Origin: Rhodovarius sp.
GTDB lineage: Bacteria; Pseudomonadota; Alphaproteobacteria; Acetobacterales; Acetobacteraceae
Length of the DNA stretch: 64,000 nucleotides
Assembly (NCBI GenBank): GCA_025057055.1
Contig: JANWYF010000134.1
Coordinates: 2,410 to 66,409, forward strand
Direction: 5' to 3'
Of this stretch, positions 9,351 to 18,205 are shown in pieces. The translations under genes and the position numbers were made by a program. A model generated the notes under the pieces. That model worked only from the letters and a program-made list of their open reading frames with translations. It searched no databases and was not told the DNA's origin. Each line of letters opens with the position of its first letter. The first letter of the stretch is position 1.

Positions 9351-10517
9351 TTACCACGCCGCGCCAGCCCAGGCGAGGCGCCCCGGCAGTTCGCGGATGC
9401 GCGCCTCCTCGACATTGGCGAAGGCGAGGCGCAGGTGCCGTTCCTGCCCCGGGCCGAAGAAGGGGCCGGGCAGGCAGAGCAGCCCGTGCTCCACCGCCAG
9501 GCGTTCGGCCATGGCCAGGGCGTCGGGCGCCTCTCGCGGCAGGCGGACATAGGCGAAATAAGCGCCGATGGAGTCGAGCCGCCAACCGGGAAGCTGGCCC
9601 AGGGCCTCCCGCGCTGCCTGGGCGCGGCCGGCCATGATGGCGCGGTTGGCGGCGCGCCATTCGGCCAGCGCGGGCACCGCCCAGGCGAGGGCGGCCTGAC
9701 CCGGCCGGGCGGGGCAGATCTGGAAACTGTCGAGCGCCTTCATCAGCGCCTCCCGCACCGCCCCGCCCGCCACCACCGCGCCCAGGCGTTGGCCGGGAAT
9801 GCAATAGGCCTTGGAGAAGCTGTAGAGCTGCACCAGACGCTCCGGCCAGCCGGCCTCGCCGAACAGGGTATGGGGCGGTGCGTCATCGGCCAGGAAATCG
9901 CGGTAGGTCTCATCCAGCACGAGCCAGACGCCCGCCGCCGCGGCGGCGGCGGCGATGCGCGCCAGCACCTCGGCCGGATAGACCGCCCCGGTCGGATTGT
10001 TCGGCGTGACCAGCACGAGCGCCGAGAGGCCGGGCAGCAGCGCCGCCACTCGGTCGGGGTCGGGGATGAAACCCTCCTCCGGCAGGCAGGGGATGGGCAC
10101 CGGCACCGCGCCCTGCATCAGCAGCGTCATCTGGTGGTTGAAATACCATGGCGTGGGCAGGCCGACCCGCGCGCCGGGGCCGGCCAGGGCCGCCATCACC
10201 ATCGCGAAGGCGAGGTTGCAGCCGGCCGTGATCGCCACCTGGTCGGGCGCGATGGCGGCGCCGTAGCGGGCCGACAGATCGGCCGCGACGGCTTCGCGCA
10301 GCGCGGCATCACCCTCGATCGGGCCATAGGATGCCAGTGCCGGATCGGCCGCCGCCGCGCCGAGGCGCGCAAGCAGTGCCGGATGCGGCGGATAGCCCGG
10401 CACGGCCTGGGTCATGTCGAGGAGCGGCGCGGTGCCGCGATAGCGCGCAGCCCAATGCCGGACGGCGGGAATCGGCGGTTCGGGCGTGGCCAGGATGGAG
10501 GCGGGCAGGGCGGGCAT
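9351..10517 (-). CDS. Class I/II PLP-dependent aminotransferase
   Basis: TAGCNLAF, VTPNNPTG, LDETYRDF, YSFSKAYCIPGQRLG, LCLPGPFFG...RLAFA. Confidence 0.92.
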   Translation of the reverse strand: MPALPASILATPEPPIPAVRHWAARYRGTAPLLDMTQAVPGYPPHPALLARLGAAAADPALASYGPIEGDAALREAVAADLSARYGAAIAPDQVAITAGCNLAFAMVMAALAGPGARVGLPTPWYFNHQMTLLMQGAVPVPIPCLPEEGFIPDPDRVAALLPGLSALVLVTPNNPTGAVYPAEVLARIAAAAAAAGVWLVLDETYRDFLADDAPPHTLFGEAGWPERLVQLYSFSKAYCIPGQRLGAVVAGGAVREALMKALDSFQICPARPGQAALAWAVPALAEWRAANRAIMAGRAQAAREALGQLPGWRLDSIGAYFAYVRLPREAPDALAMAERLAVEHGLLCLPGPFFGPGQERHLRLAFANVEEARIRELPGRLAWAGAAW

Positions 10518-10574
10518 GGGCGGAGTAGCCGGCCCCCGCCGCGCCTGGTCAAGCCCGCCCCCCGTGCCTGCTGC

Positions 10575-12119
10575 TCAGAAGGCGGTGCGCAGCCGCAGGG
10601 CGAAGAGGTGCACCGGCCCGCGATCGGCGTTGTAGCCGGGATTGACCGCGAGCTGATAGTTGAGAGCCATGTTGAGCCCGGCGGCGAGGCGGATGTCGTA
10701 ATAGGCCTCGGTCACCCATTCCGGCCGGTAGCGCAGCTTGCCATCGCCGGTGATGAAGCCGATCCCCCCCTGGGCGAGGTAGCGCCGGCGCCCTTCGCTG
10801 GCAAAGCCCACATTGAAGCCGAGGCCGAGCGTATCCTCCGGCCGGCCCCAGCGCTGGCCCTGGATCGCAACGCCGCCGCTGAAGGCCAGGTCCATCTCGG
10901 TGAACATCCAGTTCTGGGTGCGCCCGTCATTCCACGAGAAGCGGCCGAAGACGCCCCAGTCGGGCCCCATCTCCTGATCGAAGCTGACCGCGATGTTGTG
11001 CTTGAGGCGCCGGCGTGTCGGGTTGGCCTCGAAGGAGCCGCCGGCCAGCAGCTCTCCCCAGCTCGACTGCCGGGTGCGAGAGGCGCCATAGATCAGCCGC
11101 ACGGCCCCCTCTCGCCCGTTGATCTGCCAGAAGCGCTCCAGGCTGCCGAGGATCTGCCAGGCCGCGAAGGGGGAGGGATCGAGCGGCAGGGAGTTCACCT
11201 CGCGCGCCACTTGGAAGGCGCCGACCCGGACCGCCCAGCGGCCGTTCTCCCACTCGAAGGTCGCACCATTGGTGAAGCCGCGCGCATCGGCCGCATAGTC
11301 GAAGGCGGCACCACCCACCAAGGCCCAGTTCAGGAACTGGGTGCGCGCATCATGGGCGTAGCGGTTGTCATCGAAGATGTCCCAGACCGAGAAACGGCCG
11401 AGGGTGATCGTGATCCGCTCGGTGGGCAGCGGCCGGGTGAAGCGCAGAGGGTCGTTGTCCGGCGGGCTGGTTTCGGCCGACAGCGCAATGGTCTGGCGCA
11501 GGAACAGGCGCGGAATCCAGGCGACGGGCGGCGTGCTGCCCAGGCGGAAGGCCTCATTGTTCGGAAAGGCCGCGATGCCGACCGAGTTGGACAGGCCGAA
11601 GCCGCGCGTGACCGAGGGGTTGAAGATGATCTCCGCCCCCTCCCACAAGGCGCGGCCGAGGATCAGGTCGGCCGAGAAGGTGTTGCGCGCATTGGGTGCG
11701 GGGTGCAGCGACCCCCCCGCCTGATAGGGCGAGCGGAAACGCGGGTGCCCCTGCAGGATGAAGGTGGCCTGGCCGCGGATGATCCAGCCCTGTTCCTCCA
11801 GCCTATCCTGCAGCGCCGCGAGATCGGGAAACAGCGCGGCCTCGGGCGGGCCGATATTGGGCACGCCCGGAGAGCCGAAGCGGCCAGTCTGCGCGGCGGC
11901 TGGGGCGGCCAGCGAGCCGCCTCCGGCCAGGGCGAGGAGGACCAGCGCAGCACGCACCCCGCGCCGCCCCGCCCGCCGCATCCCGCCACCCTCGCCGGCC
12001 GCAGCGCCGCGGCGGGGAAGGAGCACGCGATTCCCCTCGGCCAGCCCAGCCCGTGGTGCGGTGCGTGGAGTTGCGGCTTGTCCGGCCGCCAGGGCGGTGG
12101 TGGTCCTGCCGAAGCTCAT
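10575..12119 (-). CDS. Outer-membrane carbohydrate-selective (OprB family) / MnoP-like porin
   Basis: Signal-like LVLLALAGGGSLAAPAAAQ, GQATFILQGHP, FPNNEAFR, FDDNRYAHD.RTQFLNW, DYAADARG, EAYYD, NPGYNADRGP, terminal Phe; strong SD before ATG 12119, alternative start near MRRAGRR. Confidence 0.8.
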   Translation of the reverse strand: MSFGRTTTALAAGQAATPRTAPRAGLAEGNRVLLPRRGAAAGEGGGMRRAGRRGVRAALVLLALAGGGSLAAPAAAQTGRFGSPGVPNIGPPEAALFPDLAALQDRLEEQGWIIRGQATFILQGHPRFRSPYQAGGSLHPAPNARNTFSADLILGRALWEGAEIIFNPSVTRGFGLSNSVGIAAFPNNEAFRLGSTPPVAWIPRLFLRQTIALSAETSPPDNDPLRFTRPLPTERITITLGRFSVWDIFDDNRYAHDARTQFLNWALVGGAAFDYAADARGFTNGATFEWENGRWAVRVGAFQVAREVNSLPLDPSPFAAWQILGSLERFWQINGREGAVRLIYGASRTRQSSWGELLAGGSFEANPTRRRLKHNIAVSFDQEMGPDWGVFGRFSWNDGRTQNWMFTEMDLAFSGGVAIQGQRWGRPEDTLGLGFNVGFASEGRRRYLAQGGIGFITGDGKLRYRPEWVTEAYYDIRLAAGLNMALNYQLAVNPGYNADRGPVHLFALRLRTAF

Positions 12120-12188
12120 CTGTCCGCCTCTCCTCTGCTTCCCGGACGCAGTCGCGTGCCGGGCGAGGCGGTGGCAGGCGCTTCAGCC

Positions 12189-12378
12189 GCCCATGCTCTC
12201 CGCCCGGACCAACACGCAGCGCGTCCGATCGGGGTATCTGCCGACGGTGCTGGACCGCGCTGCGCTGTCGGCTGCGCATCCGCCGCCGGGCTGTCGACGA
12301 CTGCCCATGCTCTCCCGGGCCTTGGCCCTTGCCGCTTTGTAATGCGGGCCGGTTAGGCGGGGCGAGGGCGGCTGTCAA
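12189..12378 (-). promoter_or_regulatory. Porin promoter (TTGACA -35) and long structured 5' leader
   Basis: TTGACA at 12373-12378, TAACCG 17 nt downstream; 13-nt direct repeat and multi-stem pairing in the leader. Confidence 0.45.
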
Positions 12379-12497
12379 CGCAGCTTCCGTGGCAGTCGGA
12401 TGACAAGGTGCGGGGGCTGCCCCGAAGGCGCCGCTGGTCCACCCGTCTTGTCGCCCTCTTCAGCGGCCGCGACACTGCAGGGGATGGAGGAACGCGC

Positions 12498-13202
12498 ATG
12501 CCAGACTACCCTTTCACCGCTGCCGATCTCGCCGCGCTCAAGGCCTGGGACACGCCCACGATCTGCAACGCGATCGAGCTGCTGCAGCCTGCCCGCCGCG
12601 GCCATGGCTTCACCTTGCGCCCCTTCCAGGTCGCGCGGCCGGAGATGGGGCCGATCTGCGGCCTGGCGCGCGTCGGGCGGATCCGCGCCGCCTTTCCCTC
12701 AGGCCGGTCGAAGGCGGAGGATCGGGCCTCCCGCATCGGCTGGTATTCCTATGTGGCGGATGCCGCGATGCCGACGGTCGTGGTGCTGCAGGATCTGGAC
12801 GAGGTGCCGGGCACCGGCGCCTTCTGGGGTGAGGTCAACAGCGCGATCCACAAGGGGCTGGGGGCCGAGGGCTGCGTCACCAACGGCAGCTTCCGCGACA
12901 TCGAGGCGCTGGCGCCGGGCTTTCAGATCCTGGGCATCGTCAACCCCTCCCACGCCTATGTCCATGTCGTCGACTGGGCACAGCCGGTGACGGTGCACGG
13001 CATGGCGGTGGCGCATGATGAGGTCGTGCACGCCGACCGCCACGGCGCGGTGGTGATCCCGCACGAGTGCGTGACGAAGCTGCCCGCCGCGATCGACCTG
13101 CTCGCCCGGCGGGAGGCGGTGATCCTCAGCATGGCGCGGGCGCCGGGCTTTGACATCGAGAAGCTGAAGGCCGCCCTCGCACAGGCGGATGAGATCCATT
13201 GA
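12498..13202 (+). CDS. RraA family protein (HMG/CHA aldolase-like)
   Basis: WDTPTICNAIE, GAFWGEVNS, VTNGSFRDI, VHADRHGAVVIP; SD GGAGG before ATG 12498. Confidence 0.85.
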   Translation: MPDYPFTAADLAALKAWDTPTICNAIELLQPARRGHGFTLRPFQVARPEMGPICGLARVGRIRAAFPSGRSKAEDRASRIGWYSYVADAAMPTVVVLQDLDEVPGTGAFWGEVNSAIHKGLGAEGCVTNGSFRDIEALAPGFQILGIVNPSHAYVHVVDWAQPVTVHGMAVAHDEVVHADRHGAVVIPHECVTKLPAAIDLLARREAVILSMARAPGFDIEKLKAALAQADEIH

Positions 13203-13206
13203 GCCC

Positions 13207-13701
13207 ATGCCTGCCTCCGACCAGGGCGAGGCGCCGCGCCTCGAGGAGGGGTGGTTCCGCTGGCCGGGCGAGCTGGCGCGCGTCAAGCCGGAATGGTGCG
13301 ACAGCAACGAACACCTCAACATGGGCTACTACCTGGTGGTGTTCGATTTCCAGACCGACCGGCTCTGGCCCCATCTCGGCCTGGGCAGGGCGCTGCGGGC
13401 GCGGGGGCTGACCACCTTCGCGGTGGAGGCGTGGCTCGACTACCGGCGGGAGATGCTGGAAGGCCAGCCGATCGGCGCGGAGAGCCGGGTGCTCGTCTTC
13501 GACGAGAAGCGGCTGATGGTGGAACACCGGATGTTCCACCATGCCGAAGGCTGGATCAGCTCCTCGCACGAGGTGCTCTACCTCTGCGTGGATGTGGCCA
13601 GCCGCAAAGTGGCGCGCTGGCCTGAGGATGTGCTGGCGCGCTTTGCCGAGGTCGCAACCGGCCACTCCCCCCGGCGCTTAAGCCTGCGCCGGCGCGACTG
13701 A
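13207..13701 (+). CDS. Thioesterase family (hotdog fold, 4HBT-like)
   Basis: VKPEWCDSNEHLNMGYY..VFD, L.Y.RE. Confidence 0.8.
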   Translation: MPASDQGEAPRLEEGWFRWPGELARVKPEWCDSNEHLNMGYYLVVFDFQTDRLWPHLGLGRALRARGLTTFAVEAWLDYRREMLEGQPIGAESRVLVFDEKRLMVEHRMFHHAEGWISSSHEVLYLCVDVASRKVARWPEDVLARFAEVATGHSPRRLSLRRRD

Positions 13702-13810
13702 GCGTCCCGGGGGCACTCTTGCCCCGCCTCCGTGCGCTGGCCTGGTCTTGCGGCCTTCGCCTCGGCAACGGATGGCCGCTTGCGGCCCCTGTTGACCTGT
13801 GCGCTCTGCC

Positions 13811-15304
13811 TCAGCGCGGCGGACCGGCCCGCCGCAGCGCCAGGAAAGGCCAGAGGATGGCCGCCGCGGTCAGGAACCAGAGCACGACCGAGACCGGCGA
13901 GGCGAAGAGCGCCGCCGGATCCCCATCGGAGAGCGAGAGGGCACGGCGCAGATTGTCCTCGAGCAGGCGGCCGAGCACGAAGCCCAGCACGATCGGCACC
14001 AGCGGCACCTGCAGCTTGCGGAAGATCCAGCCCATGACGCCGAAGCCGATGGCCAGCAGCAGATCGAAGGCGGAGTTGGAGACGGCATAGACCCCGGCGA
14101 AGGAGAGGGCGAGCACACCCGGATAGAGCACCCAGGGCGGCACCATCAGCAGCCGCGCGAAGATGCCGACCAGCGGCAGGTTGAGCAGAAGCAGCATCAG
14201 GTTGCCGATATACATCGAGGCGATCAGGCCCCAGGCCACTTCGGGGCGTTGTTCGAACAGCAAAGGCCCGGGCGTGATGTTGAACATCAGCAGCGCGCCA
14301 AGCAGCACCGCGGTGGTGCCCGACCCCGGGATGCCGAGCGAGAGCATGGGCACGAGGCTGCCGATCTGGGCCGCGTTGTCCGCCGTCTCGGGTGCTGCGA
14401 CGCCGCGCAGATCGCCCCGGCCGAAGCTGCCGTTGCGCTCGTTGAGGCGCTTCTCGGCCGTATAGGAGAGGGCGGCGGCGACCGAGGCGCCGGCACCGGG
14501 CAGCACGCCGACCGTGAAGCCGATGCCGGTCGCGCGCAGCATGGTCGGGAGGCAGAAGAGCACCTCCCGCAGCGTCAGCCGCTGGCCGCCATGCATGGCT
14601 TCGACCGCGGCGCGCACCCGCGTCTCGATCAGCAGCAGGATCTCCCCGATCGCGAACAGGCCGATCGCGAGCACGGTGAAATCGATACCGCCGAGCAGCT
14701 CGAAGCTGCCCAGGGTGAAGCGCTCCACCCCCGTGCCGGAGTCGATCCCGACGAGGGAGAGGGCGATGCCCAGGCAGCCTGCCGCCCAGGCCTTCGGCGC
14801 GGAAGGGCCGCCGATCGCCCCCAGCAGGGATAGGGCGAAGGCGATCAGCGCCACGTAATCGGCCGGGGAGAAGGCAACCGCCACCTGCGCGAGCGGCACC
14901 GAGAGGAAGGTCAGCGCGATCACTGAGAGGGTGGCGCCCAGGAAGCTGCCGATGCCGGTCAACATCAGCGCCGCCCCGCCGCGGCCGGCCTTGGCCAGCG
15001 GATAGCCATCCAAGGTGGTCAGCACGGCCGCGGGCTCGCCGGGCATATTGAGCAGGATGGCGGTGATGCGCCCGCCATAGCCCGCCCCGTAGTAGACGGC
15101 GGCCAGCATGATCAGCGCCGATTCAGGCGGCAGCCGCAGCGCCAGGCAGAAGGGCAGCAGCAGCGCGATGGCATTGAGCGGCCCGAGGCCGGGCAGAACC
15201 CCGACCGCGGTGCCGAGCACGCTGCCGATGAAGGCAAGCAGCAGGTTCTGCGGCTGCAGCGCGACCGCAAAGCCGCCGCCCAGGGCGCTCAGTGTCTCGA
15301 TCAC
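13811..15304 (-). CDS. tctA: Tripartite tricarboxylate transporter large permease
   Basis: GVLPGLGP, YYGAGYGGRITAILLNMPG, GVAAPETADNA, LSLGIPGSGTTA. Confidence 0.93.
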   Translation of the reverse strand: MIETLSALGGGFAVALQPQNLLLAFIGSVLGTAVGVLPGLGPLNAIALLLPFCLALRLPPESALIMLAAVYYGAGYGGRITAILLNMPGEPAAVLTTLDGYPLAKAGRGGAALMLTGIGSFLGATLSVIALTFLSVPLAQVAVAFSPADYVALIAFALSLLGAIGGPSAPKAWAAGCLGIALSLVGIDSGTGVERFTLGSFELLGGIDFTVLAIGLFAIGEILLLIETRVRAAVEAMHGGQRLTLREVLFCLPTMLRATGIGFTVGVLPGAGASVAAALSYTAEKRLNERNGSFGRGDLRGVAAPETADNAAQIGSLVPMLSLGIPGSGTTAVLLGALLMFNITPGPLLFEQRPEVAWGLIASMYIGNLMLLLLNLPLVGIFARLLMVPPWVLYPGVLALSFAGVYAVSNSAFDLLLAIGFGVMGWIFRKLQVPLVPIVLGFVLGRLLEDNLRRALSLSDGDPAALFASPVSVVLWFLTAAAILWPFLALRRAGPPR

Positions 15305-15729
15305 AGCGGCAGGATCCCCTTGGGCAGCGGCAGATCAAGCAGCCGGTCGAAGAGCGCCCACAGCAGCACGGCGGTGACCAGGCCGGTGGCCGCGGCCTGC
15401 AGCAGCCGGGCACCGAACAGCAGGGCGACCGCCGCCGCGGTGATGGCCGTGGCCGGCATGAAACCCGCCGGCACCATCAGCATCGCATAGACGAGCAGCG
15501 CCGCCACCAGCAGCGGCGGCCCGGCCCAGCGCTCGGGCGGGTCGAAGCGATGCACCGGCCGCCAGAGCAGCAGCAGGCCGCACAGCCCCATGATAAGCGC
15601 GATGGTCAGCGGAAAGGGCCGCGGCCCGAGCGGATCGGCCGCGAAGGGTACGACCAGGTTCCAGACCGACAGCCCTGCCGCCAGCGCAACGGCCAGGAAG
15701 ACGAGGCCCAGCAGCCGATCGGCGATCAC
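15301..15729 (-). CDS. tctB: Tripartite tricarboxylate transporter small subunit
   Basis: GTG start overlapping tctC stop; four TM segments, DPLGPRPFP and LDLPLPKG motifs; not called separately in ORF track. Confidence 0.88.
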   Translation of the reverse strand: MIADRLLGLVFLAVALAAGLSVWNLVVPFAADPLGPRPFPLTIALIMGLCGLLLLWRPVHRFDPPERWAGPPLLVAALLVYAMLMVPAGFMPATAITAAAVALLFGARLLQAAATGLVTAVLLWALFDRLLDLPLPKGILPL

Positions 15730-16724
15730 TGCGCCACCTGGATGAGCCCGACCTCGCGCGCGAGCTGCCGGTATTCGGCGACGCGGCGGCGGGCCAGGGC
15801 GGCGAACTCCTCGCCGACCATGTTGAACTCGAACAGCCCCTGCGCATCGCGCTGTTCGGGCCAAGCGGGGTGGGCGTGCAGGCGGCGCAGCACATCCACC
15901 CAGTAGTTGTAGGCGGCATCGGGCATCTGCGGCGGGCCGTAGAAGCCGCGCACGATCGGCCATTCCACCTCCACCCCCTGTTCGCGGGCGGTCGGGATGG
16001 AGGCGAAGCGCCCGGGCAGGCGCTGGGCGGAGAGGACCGCGAGCAGGCGGATCTGCCCGGCATCGAGCTGCCCGCCCACCTCGGAGGCATCGCCGGGGAA
16101 GACCTGGACATGCCCGCCCAGCAGATTGGCCATCGCCTGGCCGCCGCCCTCGAAGGGGACATAGCGCATCCGCCGCGGATCCTGTCCGGCAGCCCGCACC
16201 AGCAGCGCGATCTTGGTCCAGTCCTGGCTGCCCACCGCGCCCGAGCCGCCGATCGCCACGGCGTGGATGTTCTGGCGGAAGGCCTCCATGAGGTCGGAGA
16301 GGGTGCGGAAGGGGCTGTCGGCCCGCACCGCGATCACCCCATAGTCGGCGCCGATCGAGCCGATCCAGCGCACGTCGTTTTCGGCAAACCGGCCAAATCG
16401 CCCCTGCGCCATGTTGAGCCAGGAGCCGGTGGAGAAGGCGACGATCACGTTCGGATCGCGCGGGCGCTGGGCATTGATGTGGTTGATCGCCACCGCCCCG
16501 ATGCCGCCCGGCATGTTCTGGGTGCGGATCGGCACCGGGACGATGTTCGTCTCCTGCAGCATGCGCGCGGTCAAGCGGCAGGTGAGGTCGAAGCCGCCGC
16601 CGGGCGCGGCGGGGGCAATGCACTCCGGGTTCTGCGGCGTGAAGCCCTGCGACAGCGCGGGGCGCGACAGCACCGTGGGGGCGGCCAGCAGGGCCGGGGT
16701 GGCAAGCAGCGTGCGACGGAGCAT
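15726..16724 (-). CDS. tctC: Tripartite tricarboxylate transporter substrate-binding protein
   Basis: PECIAPAAPGGGFDLTCR, NMPGGIGA, GGSGAVGSQD, FEGGG; SD GGAGG before MLRR start. Confidence 0.9.
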   Translation of the reverse strand: MLRRTLLATPALLAAPTVLSRPALSQGFTPQNPECIAPAAPGGGFDLTCRLTARMLQETNIVPVPIRTQNMPGGIGAVAINHINAQRPRDPNVIVAFSTGSWLNMAQGRFGRFAENDVRWIGSIGADYGVIAVRADSPFRTLSDLMEAFRQNIHAVAIGGSGAVGSQDWTKIALLVRAAGQDPRRMRYVPFEGGGQAMANLLGGHVQVFPGDASEVGGQLDAGQIRLLAVLSAQRLPGRFASIPTAREQGVEVEWPIVRGFYGPPQMPDAAYNYWVDVLRRLHAHPAWPEQRDAQGLFEFNMVGEEFAALARRRVAEYRQLAREVGLIQVAQ

Positions 16725-16792
16725 GGATGCCTCCCGTATGTTCTGCCCGGCACCCTTGCCCAAATCGCGCCCCCGCGGCAAGCGGGCGCCCC

Positions 16793-18112
16793 TTACGCCA
16801 CGGCGCGGTCGATGCGGTCGCACAGCCGGTACCAGTTCCCGACCAGCGGGAGGAACCAGGGGTTGCCGTTGTAGAAGGGGCGGGTGGGGAAGGGCAGGTC
16901 ATCCAGGGCGAAGGGCGCATTGGCCGCCCCCGCCATCTTGAGCGCCACCTGATGGCCAAGCCAGGTTGCCATGGCCACGCCGCTGCCTTGGCAGCCGGCG
17001 GCGTAGAAGATCCCATCCTTCAGGCCGATATGCGGCAGCTGGTCGAAGGTGAAGGCGACCTGGCCGCACCAGGCGTGGGTGATGCGCACGCCCGCCAGTT
17101 CCGGGAAGACATCGCACATCATCCGATAGAGGCGGGGTGCGGCGGCCTCGGGCGATTCCTGGGCGAAGCTCGCGCGGCCGCCCCAGAGCACCCGCCGCCC
17201 ATCCGGCGAGGGGCGGAAGTAGTTCAGGACGCGCTTGGTGTCGCTGATCATGCGATGGCCGGGAAAGAGGCGCGCCACCAGCGCGGGGTCGCACTCCTCG
17301 GTCGCGATGATGTAGGAGGCAAGCGGTATCAGCCGCCGCGCGAGCCACGGGTTGGGGGTGCCGGCGGCATCGCGCGTATATCCGTTGGTGGTGGTCAGAA
17401 CCTGCCCGGCCAGCACCGCACCGCGGCTGGTCTCCAGCCGAAAGCCGCCCGAGGGCAGGGGGGTGATACGCTCCACCCGCACGCCGTCGACCAGCCGCGC
17501 CCCCGCCCGTTCCGCCGCCGCGGCAAGGCCGCGGGCGTATTTGCCGGGATGCAGGCTGCCTGTCGCTGCGGCATACATGCCGCCGTGGTAGTGGTCGCTG
17601 CCCAGAAACTCCCGCTGGCGGGAGGGCGGGATCATCGCCGTGGGCAGGCCCGACATCTCCGCGATGCGGGGCGCGGTGGCCTCCAGCTGGCGGTAATGCC
17701 TGGGGGTCCAGGCGGCGACGAAACGGCCGCAGCGCACATAGTCGCAGGCGATCCCCTCGCGCGCGATGGTCTCCTCGATGAAGGGAAAGCTCGCCCCGCA
17801 GGCGGCCATGATGGCGCGCGCGCGCTCCTCGCCGAAGCGGGCCACCAGCGGGCCCCGCGCCACCTTGAGCCCGCCTGAGACCATGCCGCCGTTGCGTGAG
17901 GAGGCACCCCAGCCGATCCGTTCGGCATCGAGCACGGTGACCTCTCGGCCAAGCCGCCGCAAGGTGAGCGCGGCCGACAGCCCGGCATAGCCGCCGCCGA
18001 TGATCGCCACCTCGGTCTGTCCGGGCGGATGCCCCTCGCGCTGCGGGGGTTCGGCCTCCTCCCACCAATAGGGGCGCGCTGCGAAGTCGGGGTGGAAGAT
18101 GGGCGCGGGCAT
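16793..18112 (-). CDS. FAD-dependent oxidoreductase (DAO / PuuB-like amine oxidase family)
   Basis: PYWW, IIGGGYAGLSAA, IGWGASSRNGG, LHPGKY, NYFRPSPD, CQGSGVA; SD before ATG 18112. Confidence 0.88.
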   Translation of the reverse strand: MPAPIFHPDFAARPYWWEEAEPPQREGHPPGQTEVAIIGGGYAGLSAALTLRRLGREVTVLDAERIGWGASSRNGGMVSGGLKVARGPLVARFGEERARAIMAACGASFPFIEETIAREGIACDYVRCGRFVAAWTPRHYRQLEATAPRIAEMSGLPTAMIPPSRQREFLGSDHYHGGMYAAATGSLHPGKYARGLAAAAERAGARLVDGVRVERITPLPSGGFRLETSRGAVLAGQVLTTTNGYTRDAAGTPNPWLARRLIPLASYIIATEECDPALVARLFPGHRMISDTKRVLNYFRPSPDGRRVLWGGRASFAQESPEAAAPRLYRMMCDVFPELAGVRITHAWCGQVAFTFDQLPHIGLKDGIFYAAGCQGSGVAMATWLGHQVALKMAGAANAPFALDDLPFPTRPFYNGNPWFLPLVGNWYRLCDRIDRAVA

Positions 18113-18205
18113 GGTCGCTTCCTCCTGGCCTTCGGTCGTGGAAGTCTGACCCGACGGCGGCGGTCGGGCCAAGCCTGCGGGCCGCCGGCGGCGTGGCGGG
18201 ATGGC

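Noticed and set aside
9264-12356. 1030-aa plus-strand ORF
   Set aside because: Antisense shadow of the aminotransferase and porin genes and overlapping tRNA-Leu; no domain motifs; long stop-free antisense frames are expected at this GC content.
12301-12460. Fragments resembling guanidine riboswitches (GCCCGGGAG; GACAAGACGG; GACAAGGTGCG)
   Set aside because: The remaining conserved cores (CUAGGGUUCCG for guanidine-I; the ACG-containing motif and pseudoknot order for guanidine-III) are missing or on the wrong strand.
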